Shown piece after piece: positions 36,944-49,070 of a DNA stretch of 64,000 nucleotides. The DNA lies in NCBI GenBank assembly GCA_964019335.1, contig OZ025688.1:372001-436000 (forward strand). Direction: 5' to 3'. The translations under genes were made by a program, and so were the position numbers. The notes beneath the pieces are model-generated. The model saw nothing but the letters and a program-made list of their open reading frames with translations. It made no database searches and was not told the DNA's origin. Within the stretch, counting starts at the first letter, position 1; each line of letters starts with the position of its first letter. The DNA comes from Diplonema japonicum. Lineage: Eukaryota > Protista > Euglenozoa: Diplonemea.

Positions 36944-37282
36944 CCTTTTTTTTTTTCTTTTTTTTGCAAATATAACAATGGACCCACCCGTGCGAAACCA
37001 GGGGGAAGAAACTAAAGGGAGGAGGATATCGGGGTGCACGGCGGAGTGAACAAGGGACGGGAAAGGCTTTTTTTATTTACTTTCGTTCTTTCTCGTTCAC
37101 TGGGAACCACGGAGAGGTAGGGGGGAAAAGAGGTGAAAAGAAGTTCAAGAGAGTTGGGGGGGAGGGAGGGCTATCAAAACTTGAGAGGAAGAGATGGAGG
37201 GGGTAAAAAGAAAAAAGAAAAAGAAAAATAAAAAAAAAAAAAAAGAAAAAAAAGATTCCCCCTAAAGAAGGTTTACAACAGC

Positions 37283-37313
<31 letters not shown>

Positions 37314-38344
37314 TCCCGACCTTAAAAAAAAAAAAAAAAAAAGAAACAAAAAAGACAGGGAAGAAGGGATAATCGGGGCAGGATCAAGTTATAATATCCA
37401 ATGAAATACTTTTGGAGGTAAAGAAAACGGATTTTTTTTCTTTTTTTATCTTGTATTTGTAAGATGTCTTTTTGGGCAGCTTGGGGGTTTTTTTTTCTTT
37501 TTTTTTATGGTAAATGGCGCCCATTGTCAAGTCATCTTACATTTTTCTTCCTTCTCCTTTTTTTTTTTTTTTTTTTTTTTTTCCTTTTCCCCTCTTTTTT
37601 CGCGTTGTCTTTGCGCGAAAAGGGGGAGGGGGAAAAAAAAACGAAAAGACCCATCAAGGAATACGGTTAACAGTTTCAAGTCACGTATTCTCTCTTCTTC
37701 CCCCTGTTTTTTTTCTTTTTTTTCCCTTGAAATTAATATATTGACCCCTCCGTGGGAATAAGTCGTAACGCAATGACGCCGTATAAATATTTTAACCCAT
37801 AACACTCCAAGGCGCAAATATTTGTCGTTTTGAAAAATCGTTTTTTCTCTAAGTACTTTTTCGTCCCCACGACCCCTGGATCTCCAAGAACGACTATAGT
37901 GAGGAGTTATTTTCAACTGCAATTCGTGCTGCGCTGCATCACTTTACCTTGTTATCCACCCACCAAGTGGGTCCCAAATCCGAGTAGATAGGCTAAAAAC
38001 GCAAAATAACGGGTGTGCATACTGTGCCCAAATTGTTCCCAAAAAACGCAAAGGTAAAGTCAAAACAGCTACGGACGAGGTCCAACCTTCATGGGTAAGG
38101 GAGTTGGTACCCATAGAGACCATACAATAGGCCAGTGGGGAGAAAAAAAGCTGTCCCGTGGTACGCAGAAACCTGACGACGCAAAATGGTTATTCCTTCG
38201 GTTTTTTTATAAGAAGCTCACAGACGTCATCCAAGAACAAACAAGCAAAAGGACGCTGAGATTGATAAAATTTCGACCCAGGACTCCACCGCTTACTCGG
38301 ATTGAGCATTGCGATGGGTTTACGGCGTGCCCAGAATCAGTTCA

Positions 38345-38495
38345 GTTAAGGGCCGGAATGGCTTCAGATGGCCAAAAATAGTCAAATTTTTCCCACGGCG
38401 AGACCCATTATTTAACTAGTTAAATAATAATAGCCATTTCGCGTTAAATAATGAGGCAGTGAAGAAAAAAAAAAATGACGAAGAGGTGAAATAAT
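38345..38495 (-). mobile_element. Family B end fragment (interior may extend to ~37900)
   Basis: Shares gatggccaaaaatagtcaaa, gccatttcgcgttaaataat and aaatgacgaagag.tgaaataa with 34690-34844. Confidence 0.6.
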
Positions 38496-38653
38496 AAATA
38501 AAAATAAAAATAAAAAAGAAACCAACCACCCCCCCCCCCCCCCCCCCTTCTCTTCCCCCACCATATTTTTTCAAGTTTTTCATGTTCGGGGGGGAAAAAA
38601 AAAAGAAAAAAAAATAAAAAAAAGGGTGCGGTGAGAAGGCAAAAAAAAAAAAA

Positions 38654-39331
38654 ATGCTAACCTACACGAAACAATTAACATCGATATGCCTTCTAATAGC
38701 ATGTGGTACAACAGCAAGCGGGGCGAAACAACAGTATTTAGTCGATATTGTGACAGGGGAGCAGGAAGGGGAAGGGCTGCTCCTTAGAACGATGACGCTG
38801 CAAAACGGGACAAAATACGAATGTGTGGTGCCGAGGGAAGCGGGGAAGGAGGTAGAAACAGCCGAAGAAAACGAAGGCAGGGTCCTGAAGCTCCGAGGCG
38901 GCTCTGTAGTAAACGAGGCACTCTCCAAGAAATGCCTGGTAAAATTCGAAGGTTGGTGGGTGTACGAGTACTGCCATGCGAAGTTCATTCGTCAATACCA
39001 CCAGGACGAGGTCAGTCTCAAGATCGTGATGGAGAATTTCTTGGGAATGTCACCTACAACATCTATCCCCTCCTTGACACCCACACCCACCTCTCTCACT
39101 GTTCAGTACTCGGGGGGAACCGCGTGCGACTTAACGCACTCTCCTCGCAGCTCGACTGTGATCTATACCTGCCTCCCGTCAGGCTCTTTCACTGAATCTA
39201 CCTTTACAGTCGATGAAACATCTATCTGTACTTACACCGTAACTATCCACGTTCCACAACTGTGCCCTTTCGTCAGACCACCGTCAGAGGTGCGGGACGA
39301 GGTGATTTCATGTAAACAGGTTGATCCGTGA
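38654..39331 (+). CDS. OS-9-like ER lectin (PRKCSH/MRH domain)
   Basis: Signal peptide, CLVKFEGWWVYEYCHAKFIRQYH, YSGGTACDLT..PRSSTVIYTC and ETSICTYTVTIHVPQLC. Confidence 0.88.
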   Translation: MLTYTKQLTSICLLIACGTTASGAKQQYLVDIVTGEQEGEGLLLRTMTLQNGTKYECVVPREAGKEVETAEENEGRVLKLRGGSVVNEALSKKCLVKFEGWWVYEYCHAKFIRQYHQDEVSLKIVMENFLGMSPTTSIPSLTPTPTSLTVQYSGGTACDLTHSPRSSTVIYTCLPSGSFTESTFTVDETSICTYTVTIHVPQLCPFVRPPSEVRDEVISCKQVDP

Positions 39332-39499
39332 TGATGGGTAAAAAAGGGGGGAGTGATGGGATGGGAGCGGGGGAGAAAAAAAAAAAAGTAAGCTACAGAC
39401 CTCTTACATTTTTTTTTTTTTCTTGTTCATTTTTTTTTGTTGTTGTACTACCCAGAATCCAACTTTATATTTTTTTTTTTAATTCTTAAATCCAGTGGG

Positions 39500-40131
39500 G
39501 GGGGGGGTCTTCGCGAGTGCAGCGCAGACAAGGGTTGAGCCGAGCCCTCCAAACGGCCTGCAAGAAATATTCCCGGATGTTGGGTTTGCGGGTTTACTGA
39601 GGCCCAACAGAAGGCAAAGGCTGTAACACCATGACCCGACAAAAAGGTTAGGTTTTATTTTTTTTTTCTGGCTGGACCCCTCGACGACCAGGACTGGCTC
39701 ACAGAGAAGGCTGGAAGGATGCGATACATCTTAGGACGTATTCAGAAATGCACAGCAAAGAGTGGGAAAAATGCTTTCCCCGCCAACGCAAAGACAAGGG
39801 TACACACCCTTCGACATCTTGGGGGCCCGACGACACACGGCTACGACAGGAGACCACTCTTCTCCTCGAGCCAAACCGCCCCCTACCTAGCACGACTCCA
39901 AGCAATGTTTCTCGCCCAGATGCCGTCCATCTCATCGCGACAAACAGCCACTGCAGGCACCAGACAGCAACCGCAGAACGGTGACCGATTAGTGTGAATT
40001 TCTCCCTGAACGGTGAGCACCCACCCGCACACCGAAATTTATCAAATTTTTTTGTGCCCCCACCCTCGTGGTGAAGCATTTTAGAGTGTCGTGAAGTAAA
40101 AACCACTAACTCATTATGCAGTGAATAGCTT
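39500..40131 (+). mobile_element. Decayed longer family A relative with putative tyrosine-recombinase C-terminal remnant
   Basis: The right end (40063-40131) matches 15797-15976 with the hairpin deleted. It encodes VHTLRHLG (39800-39823) and a downstream TAPY (Tyr codon at 39884). The left boundary is uncertain. Confidence 0.5.
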
Positions 40132-40525
40132 ATTACACCATTACACGGGGAGGGGGAAAAAAGAAAAATTGAGGATGCCACTTCAAGCCGTAGCACGACA
40201 CGGGGCGAACGGTTGGTATCTGAATGCAGCCAAGGTGGAGCAAGTTACCGATAAAAACCTAGCTGATGGCCATTCACAACAAAAGCAGGCTAGACGGGGA
40301 AGCGGCCCGTACGAGGGGAACGGGTTTTACAGAAAACCAAGTCAAGCAGAACCCGGCGGCTGGAGGAATTTCAGCAACAAAACCGTTCAGGAAACTGTAG
40401 ATGGATTTTTTTAAATTTTTTTTTTTTCTGGGAAAAAAAAAAAAAAAAAAAAGGACGAACTTTCATATCAAAATAAGGAGGGGAGGGGAGGGGGGGAGGA
40501 GAGGGAAGAAAAAAAAAAAAAAAAG

Positions 40526-42748
40526 ATGAGGCTCAGCCAACTAACATTCTTGCTGTTGCTGTTCATCAGTGGATGTTCCAACCCGTTGGCGAAACACGTT
40601 GTTACCCAGTCCCGCAAGATTCCCGAGCAACGCAGAACCTCCCCTGAAACGGAAAAGGTCCTGAGCCGCCTGAGACCGGTCCTCGAAAAGAAAAGAGTAT
40701 TAATGAAACGGAGCGAAGCCGAAATGCGAAAACTAGAAGGCCACCCAGGATCCGACCTAGCCATACACATCATCCGGAGACGGCAACTACGTTTAAAAGT
40801 ACTGGACGCCCTTCAAGGCGATATCCTCGACACCATATCCGATTTTGAAGCGTTGCTTCGGAATTTCAGCACACCGGGGCTGATAGATGGAATTGCAAGA
40901 CGGTTAATCCGTTTGAAGCATGTATCTATAGAAACTGCAGATGCTGCAGCAGAAGCGGACACACTGGAAAAAGACGAGGTGAAGCAAAAGACAAAAGCGA
41001 TGAACGAGAGGAACACAAACCTAGATACAAACCCTGACTCCGCCATCGACAAGATGATTTCTAAAATCGACGGCGAGATCGGGCAAATTCTCGATGAAAT
41101 CGACAAAGGAAACACGGCAGGCGCGTTGTTCACAAAAGCAAGGTCGATCAACGGCTCAGAGGTAGAAACTGTGGTAAAACTCACCTCCGACGAGGGCAAG
41201 CAGTCCCACACCAAGGACGACGCCGGCATTGTGTCGCACCTCATCGACCACACCGGAAACCAATACGTACTGTCAATGCCGCGTGACTCCTTTGTCCACT
41301 ACGAGGACAACCTCCTCACGCAAGATATAATTAGAATAGTTTGCTTGTGTTTTGTATGCGGTTGTGTGGCTCGGTTGGCCAACCTCCCCTTGTTCTTTGG
41401 GTACATGATGTGCGGTATCATCCTGTCCCCGTCGGAGCTTAACCTTCTTGGTTCCATCGTGCAAATCGAAACCGTAGCACAGCTTGGAATTTATTTTCTT
41501 CTGTTTCTGCTCGGGGTTGAGTTTTCATTGACAAAACTGAGATCTGTCCTCAAAGCCGCTATCGGGGGCGGTGTGGCGTGCATGGCAATTCTGATATTAT
41601 TGTGCATTCTTGTTCTCCCGGGTGTATTCAAAGCCCCTATCCCCGAGGCAACCTTGGTCGGCTTTTGTGTGTCGTTGTCATCTACCATAGTTGTGATGCG
41701 AATGATGACCCCTCTTGAGAGTGGTATGCAGTACGGGCAGCTTTTACTGGCGATATTGGTCATCCAAGATGTCTGTTTGGGTTTGATGGTGGCGGCAATT
41801 CCCATATTGAAATCTCCTACCTTTGAGTCGAGCCTATTCGTATGGATGTTGGTGTGGTTGGGAATGCTCGGAATGGTGTCAGCAGTGATTTCTAAGTACA
41901 TTATCCCTCATTTTATGGCGTTTATAGGGTCGAGCATTGAACTGTTGGTGTTGGGGATCTGCGCTTACACGTTCTTGGCAATGGCGGTGACGGAGAAAAT
42001 GGGGCTTTCCATGGAGGTGGGCTGCTTCATGGCGGGGATGACAATCAGCCCTCATCGGAAGTGGGTCCATCTTGTTGAGGAGCTTCTGACCCCGCTTCAG
42101 AATTTTTTCGGGGCGCTTTTTTTCGCGTCGATTGGTATTCACATCTCCACGTCCTTCCTCCTCAGAGAGGCGGGTACTCTGTGCGTGATTACGTTTTCCG
42201 TTGTTTCCATAAAATGGCTGGTCGGGTTTTTGATATTCCGGTTCTGTTTCGGGCTTCCTAATGTCAATGCTTCGCTTGTCGGGTTGGGTTTGTCACAAAT
42301 GTCGGAGTTTTCCTTTGTTATCGCTGCGCACGGCAAGTCCGTGGGCTTGATCAATAGAGAAGTTTACTTCATGTTGCTTGGGATCACCGCTCTGAGCTTG
42401 ATAGTGACACCCATCATATGGAAGTTCCATCCTAAACCGATAACGGCGCAAAGCAACACCGGTGAGGTATGACGGGTTTAAAAAAAAAAAAGAAAATACA
42501 GATGGCTTCGCACGCACTTGCCATATTCAAGACCAAGACACCGAAAAGCCCGAGAGCTTCGGTTGATTACGCTGATCTTGACAAATTTGTTTGGGCCGGG
42601 AGGTATGAAATTTAGAAAAAAAAAAAAACCCCCTTCCAACAGTTTTTCTAATGAGAACCCTGGGTTGGACTTCAACAAGGAGCGTGTTTGCGATGAGGTG
42701 CTCACCAACCTGGAGCAGCAGGTCTTGAATCACGACAACAGCCCTTAA
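40526..42748 (+). CDS. K+/H+ antiporter, CPA2 family (KEA4-6/TMCO3-like); main ORF 40526..42472, probable extra exons 42502..42602 and 42643..42748
   Basis: Signal peptide and coiled coil, then AQLGIYFLLFLLGVEFS, SLSSTIVV, LVIQD, FFASIG and GLSQMSEFSFV. Phase-compatible GTATG...CAG introns at 42467-42501 and 42603-42642. Confidence 0.88.
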
Positions 42749-42760
42749 AAAAATATATAT

Positions 42761-43656
42761 GAGCTCGTCCGGACGAAAATGTCAACACTTTTTTGGGCAC
42801 CTTCGAAAATTTCTTGCTTTGATTATTTGAGCAAAAAAAGGGCAGCATGCAACCATAGGAAGATGACATATATGGTGTACGTGACGCCGTTCTTTCAATT
42901 GCGATGCTTGTTTTGCCATGAGGGTGGCAGGCTTTGCAACCGGCTGCCCGGGAAGCGAAAAATAGAGGTCAAAAAAACGGCGAAAAATGTTTAAAATGCA
43001 ATTTCATTTCTTAAAATGCAGCATCTAGGGTGCATAAAATTGGTGTTCAAGCGCACTTGTGACCCCTGGGTACAACCCAGGGTCGGGTTACTGTTAAAAG
43101 TACTTAGCGAAAAATATATGGCGTTGCATAGCCCCCGAAAATCCGGTTTTTTATGCAAGAACGAGTCTTTGACTTGTCTAAACAAAAGGGGAACGTTGGC
43201 AACGTGTTTCGGGTTGACAAACTTCTCCAGGTTTTACCCGGCACGTACAAACAAAATGACGGCACTAGACTGGGATGATCTGGTCCAATACGCGGACCTC
43301 GAGTACCCATCGGGAAGCACTCGCGCCCCTCACCTCGCGGATTGCAAAGGTTTCACAGATTTTCAATCTGCATCCATTCCTCCTGTCGCTTTCCACGGAA
43401 AAACGAAAATAAAAAATGGAGTCTGGGTTATTTGCAACTTCCAAATTGAATCGTTTGCCAAAAACCATTCTAAAAAACATGTTTTTGCACGTGCGTTTTA
43501 AAAATAAAACAAACGGCGAGCATTTTGACCTATATGGTGTTCAAGCTTAGACTGCATTTCTGCACACAAAGTGGTGTCGGACTACTTTTTTACTTAGAAA
43601 TTTAACGGGGGTTTTACGCCGCATAGGAGGGTCATTTGTTGTTTCCGGACGAGCTC
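42761..43656 (-). mobile_element. Non-autonomous piggyBac-like element, ATAT TSD
   Basis: GAGCTC termini with ATAT on both sides, and ends homologous to 29140-31512. One TIR has a short internal deletion. Confidence 0.9.
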
Positions 43657-43874
43657 ATATAAAATAAAGAAAAAAAGTGTTGAATTTGAGGGGGTAGGAC
43701 GGGAAGGTGATAAAGGAGACACATCACTGTTCCCCCTTCCCCCGTCACCTCCCCCCTTTTTAAATCTTTCCGTCTCCCTCCCTCACCCCCTCCCAGTCAA
43801 AAGAATGATGTGCTTTGATTTTTTTTCTTTCTTTCCCCTCTGTATAGTTTTTTTTTTTTTAAAAAGGGGAAATT

Positions 43875-45236
43875 ATGGATGAAGCCGATTTTAGCAGTAT
43901 CGCTCCGGTGGCAGTGGCTAAAAAAGAAGGGAAAAAGAGAAAGGTTAGCTCAGACGGAGAAGTTGTCCCGATAGTTTTCCCAGGGTTGGTTGAAGGCGAG
44001 GCCTTACAACTTCCAGTTCAGCGAGGATCTCGTCTGTGCGAAGAGAAATCTTTAAAAACCGGCTTGGGGAAAGCAGTCTCCGGGAAAAGGGTACAAAAAA
44101 AGGTGTTAAGCCTACCCAGCAACAAGGACGTCAGGGAAATGTACGTATACTGCTTTTGGTGGTGTTTTTTAGAGGATTTTGAAGGGGGTTACACAGAAAC
44201 GAAACGGGATGAACAAGACGATATCACAGAAGGCCCGCCTATTCCCCGCCATCTTTCCAGGGACCCCACCATGCGGGTGTGGATAAAATCCCTTGCACCG
44301 CCTCCTCCGAGAAAAAGAAACCCCGGAGGATCTATCTTACCACCACCATCAACAACATTCTTCTTAACATCCATGACCTCACATGGGACTGATGCGCACC
44401 CTCTTGCGACAGTGGTGTCTTTCCGATCGAATATTCCTGAGGCGGAAATTGTGCTGGATCCTATTGAGACTCGTTTACAATATCAAGACGAATTGTACTC
44501 AAGGATGGCTGCTGCGTATTCACGGTTTTTTACCGCGTTGACGCCTTCTGAAAAGTCGGTCTTGCTGCCCCCTTTACCGGAGGTGCTTGCTTTTGCGTTG
44601 GAGAGAGATTTTAACATCTCGCTTCCAAACGTTCCGATAGAAGGTTATCTTGAAAGGGTCGTGAAGCGTACCACGTATTGGATAGAAGGCGTGGAGCGTG
44701 GTTTGAAAAACGCAAAGCGTTCCGTCAAAACTCTGAACATTCAAAAAGCAGCGGTGCCCGTTGCAACTCCGAACGACGTTGTAGGGCAAGCTCCACGCCG
44801 TGATAAAATCCCATCGTTAGCCATGCCAACCACCAGGAGGAAGATTGTACCGCCTGCTACTGGTGCAGGGGTGTTGAGTGCATTGTTCCCGGCTCCTCCT
44901 TCTCTTCCACATGATGTTGAGTTTCAGCGCGAGATAAAGACGCTGAGGTCGGATTTCGACAGTATTTTTTCAGTGGGTAAAAAGCCCTCCCTAGTCCCAG
45001 CTCCTCCCAAGGAACCCAGCTCTGCTGATGGTGTCGCTTCAAGCAGTCGTAACAAGCCCCTCCTCCCATGGTACGAAACGGGCAGACGGAAGGCTGTCGA
45101 CACCACGAAAAAAAACGCCTCCGGCTTCTTCTCCATTAATAGCTACAGCCCTTTGATTTTGAGGTACCTCAACGATAAGAAGATCCCGCCGGAAGGCAGC
45201 CCGAGGCCTTCTGAAATGAAGTGGGTTTGCGATTGA
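43875..45236 (+). CDS. FAM227-like (FWWh domain) protein
   Basis: YCFWWCFL...QDELYSRMAAAYSRFF...LPEVLAFAL matches the FWWh family pattern as I recall it. Confidence 0.65.
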   Translation: MDEADFSSIAPVAVAKKEGKKRKVSSDGEVVPIVFPGLVEGEALQLPVQRGSRLCEEKSLKTGLGKAVSGKRVQKKVLSLPSNKDVREMYVYCFWWCFLEDFEGGYTETKRDEQDDITEGPPIPRHLSRDPTMRVWIKSLAPPPPRKRNPGGSILPPPSTTFFLTSMTSHGTDAHPLATVVSFRSNIPEAEIVLDPIETRLQYQDELYSRMAAAYSRFFTALTPSEKSVLLPPLPEVLAFALERDFNISLPNVPIEGYLERVVKRTTYWIEGVERGLKNAKRSVKTLNIQKAAVPVATPNDVVGQAPRRDKIPSLAMPTTRRKIVPPATGAGVLSALFPAPPSLPHDVEFQREIKTLRSDFDSIFSVGKKPSLVPAPPKEPSSADGVASSSRNKPLLPWYETGRRKAVDTTKKNASGFFSINSYSPLILRYLNDKKIPPEGSPRPSEMKWVCD

Positions 45237-45346
45237 TACAAAAAAAAAAAGGTTTTTTTTTCAGAATGTAATCAGCTTTCAAACGAAAAAGAGAAAAGAA
45301 AGAAAAAAAGAGAAAAAAGGGCCCTCTTCCACACAAGAAAAACAAA

Positions 45347-46471
45347 ATGCACGCGGCTGTTACGATAGCCGTGGCAGCGGTATGCTTCACGGTCTCCGCG
45401 GGAAGGGCGGTAGTGATGTTCTACCCGGAGCTGTTTAAACCCACATGGGATGCGATACCGTGGGATGTGATTGGGGCGGTATTGCTCATTATAACAGGGG
45501 CGGTAAGCTGTGGTGAGAACCGATGGTTCTTCGGGTCTGTGTCCATGTTCCTCGGGTGCGCTGCCTCCGTCGGCGCCAGTCTTCTCAAAAACGACGCACG
45601 GAGAAATTTGCTATTTGGCGGTGTGTGCTGTGTCTTGGGGGCGACCCTCCAAACCTCCCGCCCCGTGTGTCTTGTGGCCCTGGCCGCCTTGCTGCCACAA
45701 CTGCGCGTTCACGAGACACAGCTCCCTGTTTACGTCGTGTTCTTCATTGTGTCCAACTACCTGACCAACCTGTACCTAAATTATGTTCTGACAAATATCG
45801 CGTTCAGAATGGCGATAGTCTGCATTGTGGTCTCACCCTATGCGCCCATGTGCGAGCCCTTTGGACTGCTCTCACTGGCTGTTGGTGTTGTTGCCTGGGC
45901 CGCATCATGGGAAGCGCACGGCATGGAAGCCGACGCATTGCTTTTCTTAGGAACCGCACTCTACGGGTACGGGACTGTCGTGGCACGAGGCAAAGGGGGG
46001 AAACAGGAATACTTCCCAATGGGTGCTGAAGACGAACAATGTGACCTGGAAACCGTCCAGGTGGAACCGAATGTGGAAGAAGATGGCGCCAACCCACCTA
46101 ACCCTGCTACTGAAGGCCTTTTGCTATCCATGTCGCCAGAGGACGAGACCCACACCTCGCCTGTTGCTGACTTGGTTTATTATATTTTCACTACTGCTAA
46201 GCCGGGCCTTACTGCAGAAGAGATCGGGCTTGAAGATGAATCTCATAGGGTAGCAACGCAGCCTGAGTGGGTAGCTTTTTGTGAGAAGGAGCTCGAGGAG
46301 TATGATGGGTCTTCTTTGCTATCGGCTACGCCCAGTGCTGTGGATGGTATTTGTGTCAAGCTGGGGTTGCAGCCTGAGGTCGTCCGTGCAGGGCACGCTC
46401 AGAAGCACCATAAGAAGATCAAGAAGAAGAAGAAACAACACCAACACGAACTTGAAAACCTTTGGCCTTGA
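45347..46471 (+). CDS. Hypothetical multi-pass membrane protein with acidic/basic C-terminus
   Basis: 374-aa ORF with several hydrophobic segments in the N-terminal half. Confidence 0.75.
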   Translation: MHAAVTIAVAAVCFTVSAGRAVVMFYPELFKPTWDAIPWDVIGAVLLIITGAVSCGENRWFFGSVSMFLGCAASVGASLLKNDARRNLLFGGVCCVLGATLQTSRPVCLVALAALLPQLRVHETQLPVYVVFFIVSNYLTNLYLNYVLTNIAFRMAIVCIVVSPYAPMCEPFGLLSLAVGVVAWAASWEAHGMEADALLFLGTALYGYGTVVARGKGGKQEYFPMGAEDEQCDLETVQVEPNVEEDGANPPNPATEGLLLSMSPEDETHTSPVADLVYYIFTTAKPGLTAEEIGLEDESHRVATQPEWVAFCEKELEEYDGSSLLSATPSAVDGICVKLGLQPEVVRAGHAQKHHKKIKKKKKQHQHELENLWP

Positions 46472-46903
46472 AATGGAAAAAGAAGGGGGGGGGGGGAAGA
46501 ACAGGGAAAGGAATGAAGCAAGCTCGCTGAACCTGATCGGGCCTTTTTTTTTTCTTTTTTAATTTAGAAAGGAATTTTTTTAAAAATGGAAGGGGGGGGG
46601 GGGGAGGAATCTCTTAATTGAGATTTAAGTACCCCCCCTTCCCGCGCTGACTACTTTCCCCTATCTAGTTTGATCCTCTTGCCACCTCCCGATACACGAT
46701 ACTCATGAGAAGAAAAAAAATAAAAGGAATTAGGGTGGAAGTCTGTGTGGCACGCCCTCCCCCCTATTTAGGTTAGGCTAGCGCTCGGGCCAGTGGTCAC
46801 ACAATTGACATTCTCTCCCCCTTTTAAAAAAAAAAAGGTAAAATCTCGAGAATAGGGAAGGAGAGAAGGAAAGGGAGTTCTTCTTCTTCTTTTTTTTTTC
46901 TTT

Positions 46904-46935
<32 letters not shown>

Positions 46936-47254
46936 ACGTTAGCTCGTAAAAAGAAAAGAAAAAGTGGGGGCGTGGGAAATAAGATTGTCCCCCCCCCCCC
47001 CCTCCTCTCTCCCCTCCCCTTTTCCTTATTATTCTATTTTTATTATTAATAGTATCTTTACTATTCTTTCAGCAGGGCGCCGCCAACACCGGCCTCCTTT
47101 AACTCATATATTCTTTTTTTTTTTTTAAAAAAAACACGGAAAAGAAATTTATTTATTTTTGTTTCTTTGCCGCACACCTCCTCAAAAATAAAAAGAGCAC
47201 ACACACACATACACACACACAAAAGAGAAAGAGAAAAAAAAAAAAAATACACAC

Positions 47255-48607
47255 ATGACCAACAAGCAAGATGCCCACAAGCAAAGGATCAAAGAAGTCA
47301 AGGGAGCGACAACAAAAGAAGAGCTCCAAGCAATATTGGAGGAAGACATGATGGTGTTTTACATTGCGAGGGATGTGAGGGCGTGCGGGTCCGAGGTCCA
47401 GATGGCGGACAAGGCGAAAATCTTGAAGGTGATGGAGTGCTGCAGCCCCGAGGAGCTGAAATCCTGGGGGGACAAACTATTCCGAAAACTGAATAAAAAC
47501 AGCGAGTTCAAACTGGACAAGATAATGGCATACGAGCTCTATGAGGAGATGGTCAGCGCAGCTTCGGCAAAACACCTCAAGGAAGTCATCTCATTAATCG
47601 AGAAAATACACAATCTACGCACTATAGTAGATGCATCAAACACACGATACTCCAGTGTTGGTCCGTTCATCGCTCAACACGGCTCGGGTCTGCTAATCGA
47701 CCTCAAAAAACAGGTTTTAGAACGGGCAATCTACGCACCAAACGGCGGGGTAAACCAGAAAATCCACAAAACCCTTTTCTCCTCCTTTAAACTATCGCCT
47801 TTCAACCCTATAGACGACACCCATTACGCTTGCTCCGTTCTCGGTTCGGGTTCTTTCGGAGATGTCATGGAAATGGGGAGTAATTACGTTGTTAAACTGC
47901 AGCTTCCTTCGGTAAGATCAAGCCGTGAGGTGGAAACTTTGAGAAAAGTGGGAAGGCACCCTAACATCGCCGGTTTCAAAGAAAGTTTTGAGATCAGCAA
48001 TGATGATGAAACAGAGTTCCGGAGTGTTATAGTGATGGAAAGGTGTCATGGTGGGACGCTGTTCGATTTGTTGAAATCCCGGCTTTTGTCGACGCCGATC
48101 GCCACCCGCAGCGCTGCGACGAACAACACACCCTTCACTCCTTTTGAGGTTCTACACATTATCGGTCACATTATCTGCGGTCTGAAACATCTTGAATCAG
48201 AAGGGATTCTTCATCGTGACATAAACCCGAACAACATACTTGTTGAAAAAGCCGGCACAAGCGTCCTCAAGAACACGTTTAAAATATGCGATTTCGGCGC
48301 GGCAAAGACTCTTACTCAGAGTTATTACCAGGGCTTTACAGTGATTGGGTCTCCTGGGTTTATGGCACCAGAGGTTCTTTTTTCGAGGGGTGCCACCACG
48401 GCTGCTGATATATTCTCTCTGGGGTGTACCACCGCTACGTTGCTCCGGTTCAATGCTTTGCAGGAGCTTCCGAAGGATTTTGCTGAGTTCGTCCGCGGTA
48501 TGGTCGCCGCGGAAGATGTAAGATGGAGTCTCGCCACCCTTTCTAAGGAACACCAGATCCTCGTAGACAAGTACCGGCCGGGTTTCATGGCGAGCATTTG
48601 GCGGTGA
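47255..48607 (+). CDS. Serine/threonine protein kinase with N-terminal helical extension
   Basis: LGSGSFG, VVK, HPNI, HRDINPNN, DFG, GSPGFMAPE and ADIFSLG. Confidence 0.92.
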   Translation: MTNKQDAHKQRIKEVKGATTKEELQAILEEDMMVFYIARDVRACGSEVQMADKAKILKVMECCSPEELKSWGDKLFRKLNKNSEFKLDKIMAYELYEEMVSAASAKHLKEVISLIEKIHNLRTIVDASNTRYSSVGPFIAQHGSGLLIDLKKQVLERAIYAPNGGVNQKIHKTLFSSFKLSPFNPIDDTHYACSVLGSGSFGDVMEMGSNYVVKLQLPSVRSSREVETLRKVGRHPNIAGFKESFEISNDDETEFRSVIVMERCHGGTLFDLLKSRLLSTPIATRSAATNNTPFTPFEVLHIIGHIICGLKHLESEGILHRDINPNNILVEKAGTSVLKNTFKICDFGAAKTLTQSYYQGFTVIGSPGFMAPEVLFSRGATTAADIFSLGCTTATLLRFNALQELPKDFAEFVRGMVAAEDVRWSLATLSKEHQILVDKYRPGFMASIWR

Positions 48608-49070
48608 AAAAAAAAAAAAAAAAAAAAAGGATTTTTTTAGTTTTCTCTTTCTTGATTTTTTTTTTAAAATTGAGATGGAGTAAATAAGAGGGGGCGGGAG
48701 TGTTTCTTTTTTTTTTTTTTTTGTGGTCCTCAAATGGGGATTTTACCCTTAAACGCCGCCTTTTATTTCCCATTTTACTTTGATTATTTCGGGGGCAACA
48801 ATGGATCGTATTTCACTCGCCTTTCTTTCCTGTGTGCACAGACAGGTATACTTGGTGCCCACTGCGGTCTGCGCCGTTTTGACTAGTACCTGTTTTTTTT
48901 AGAGCTTTCAAGTGGGATTGTCTTTTACTTTAGTTTTTTTTATATTGTTCGTTTTTTTTTTTTTTTTTTTTTTCTTCTATTTTTTAGGTTTAGAGATATG
49001 GAGCGCTGATTTTTTAAAAAAAAAAAAATAAAAACTAAAGAAAAAAAGAGGAGGGGGAAAAAAAAAAGAA

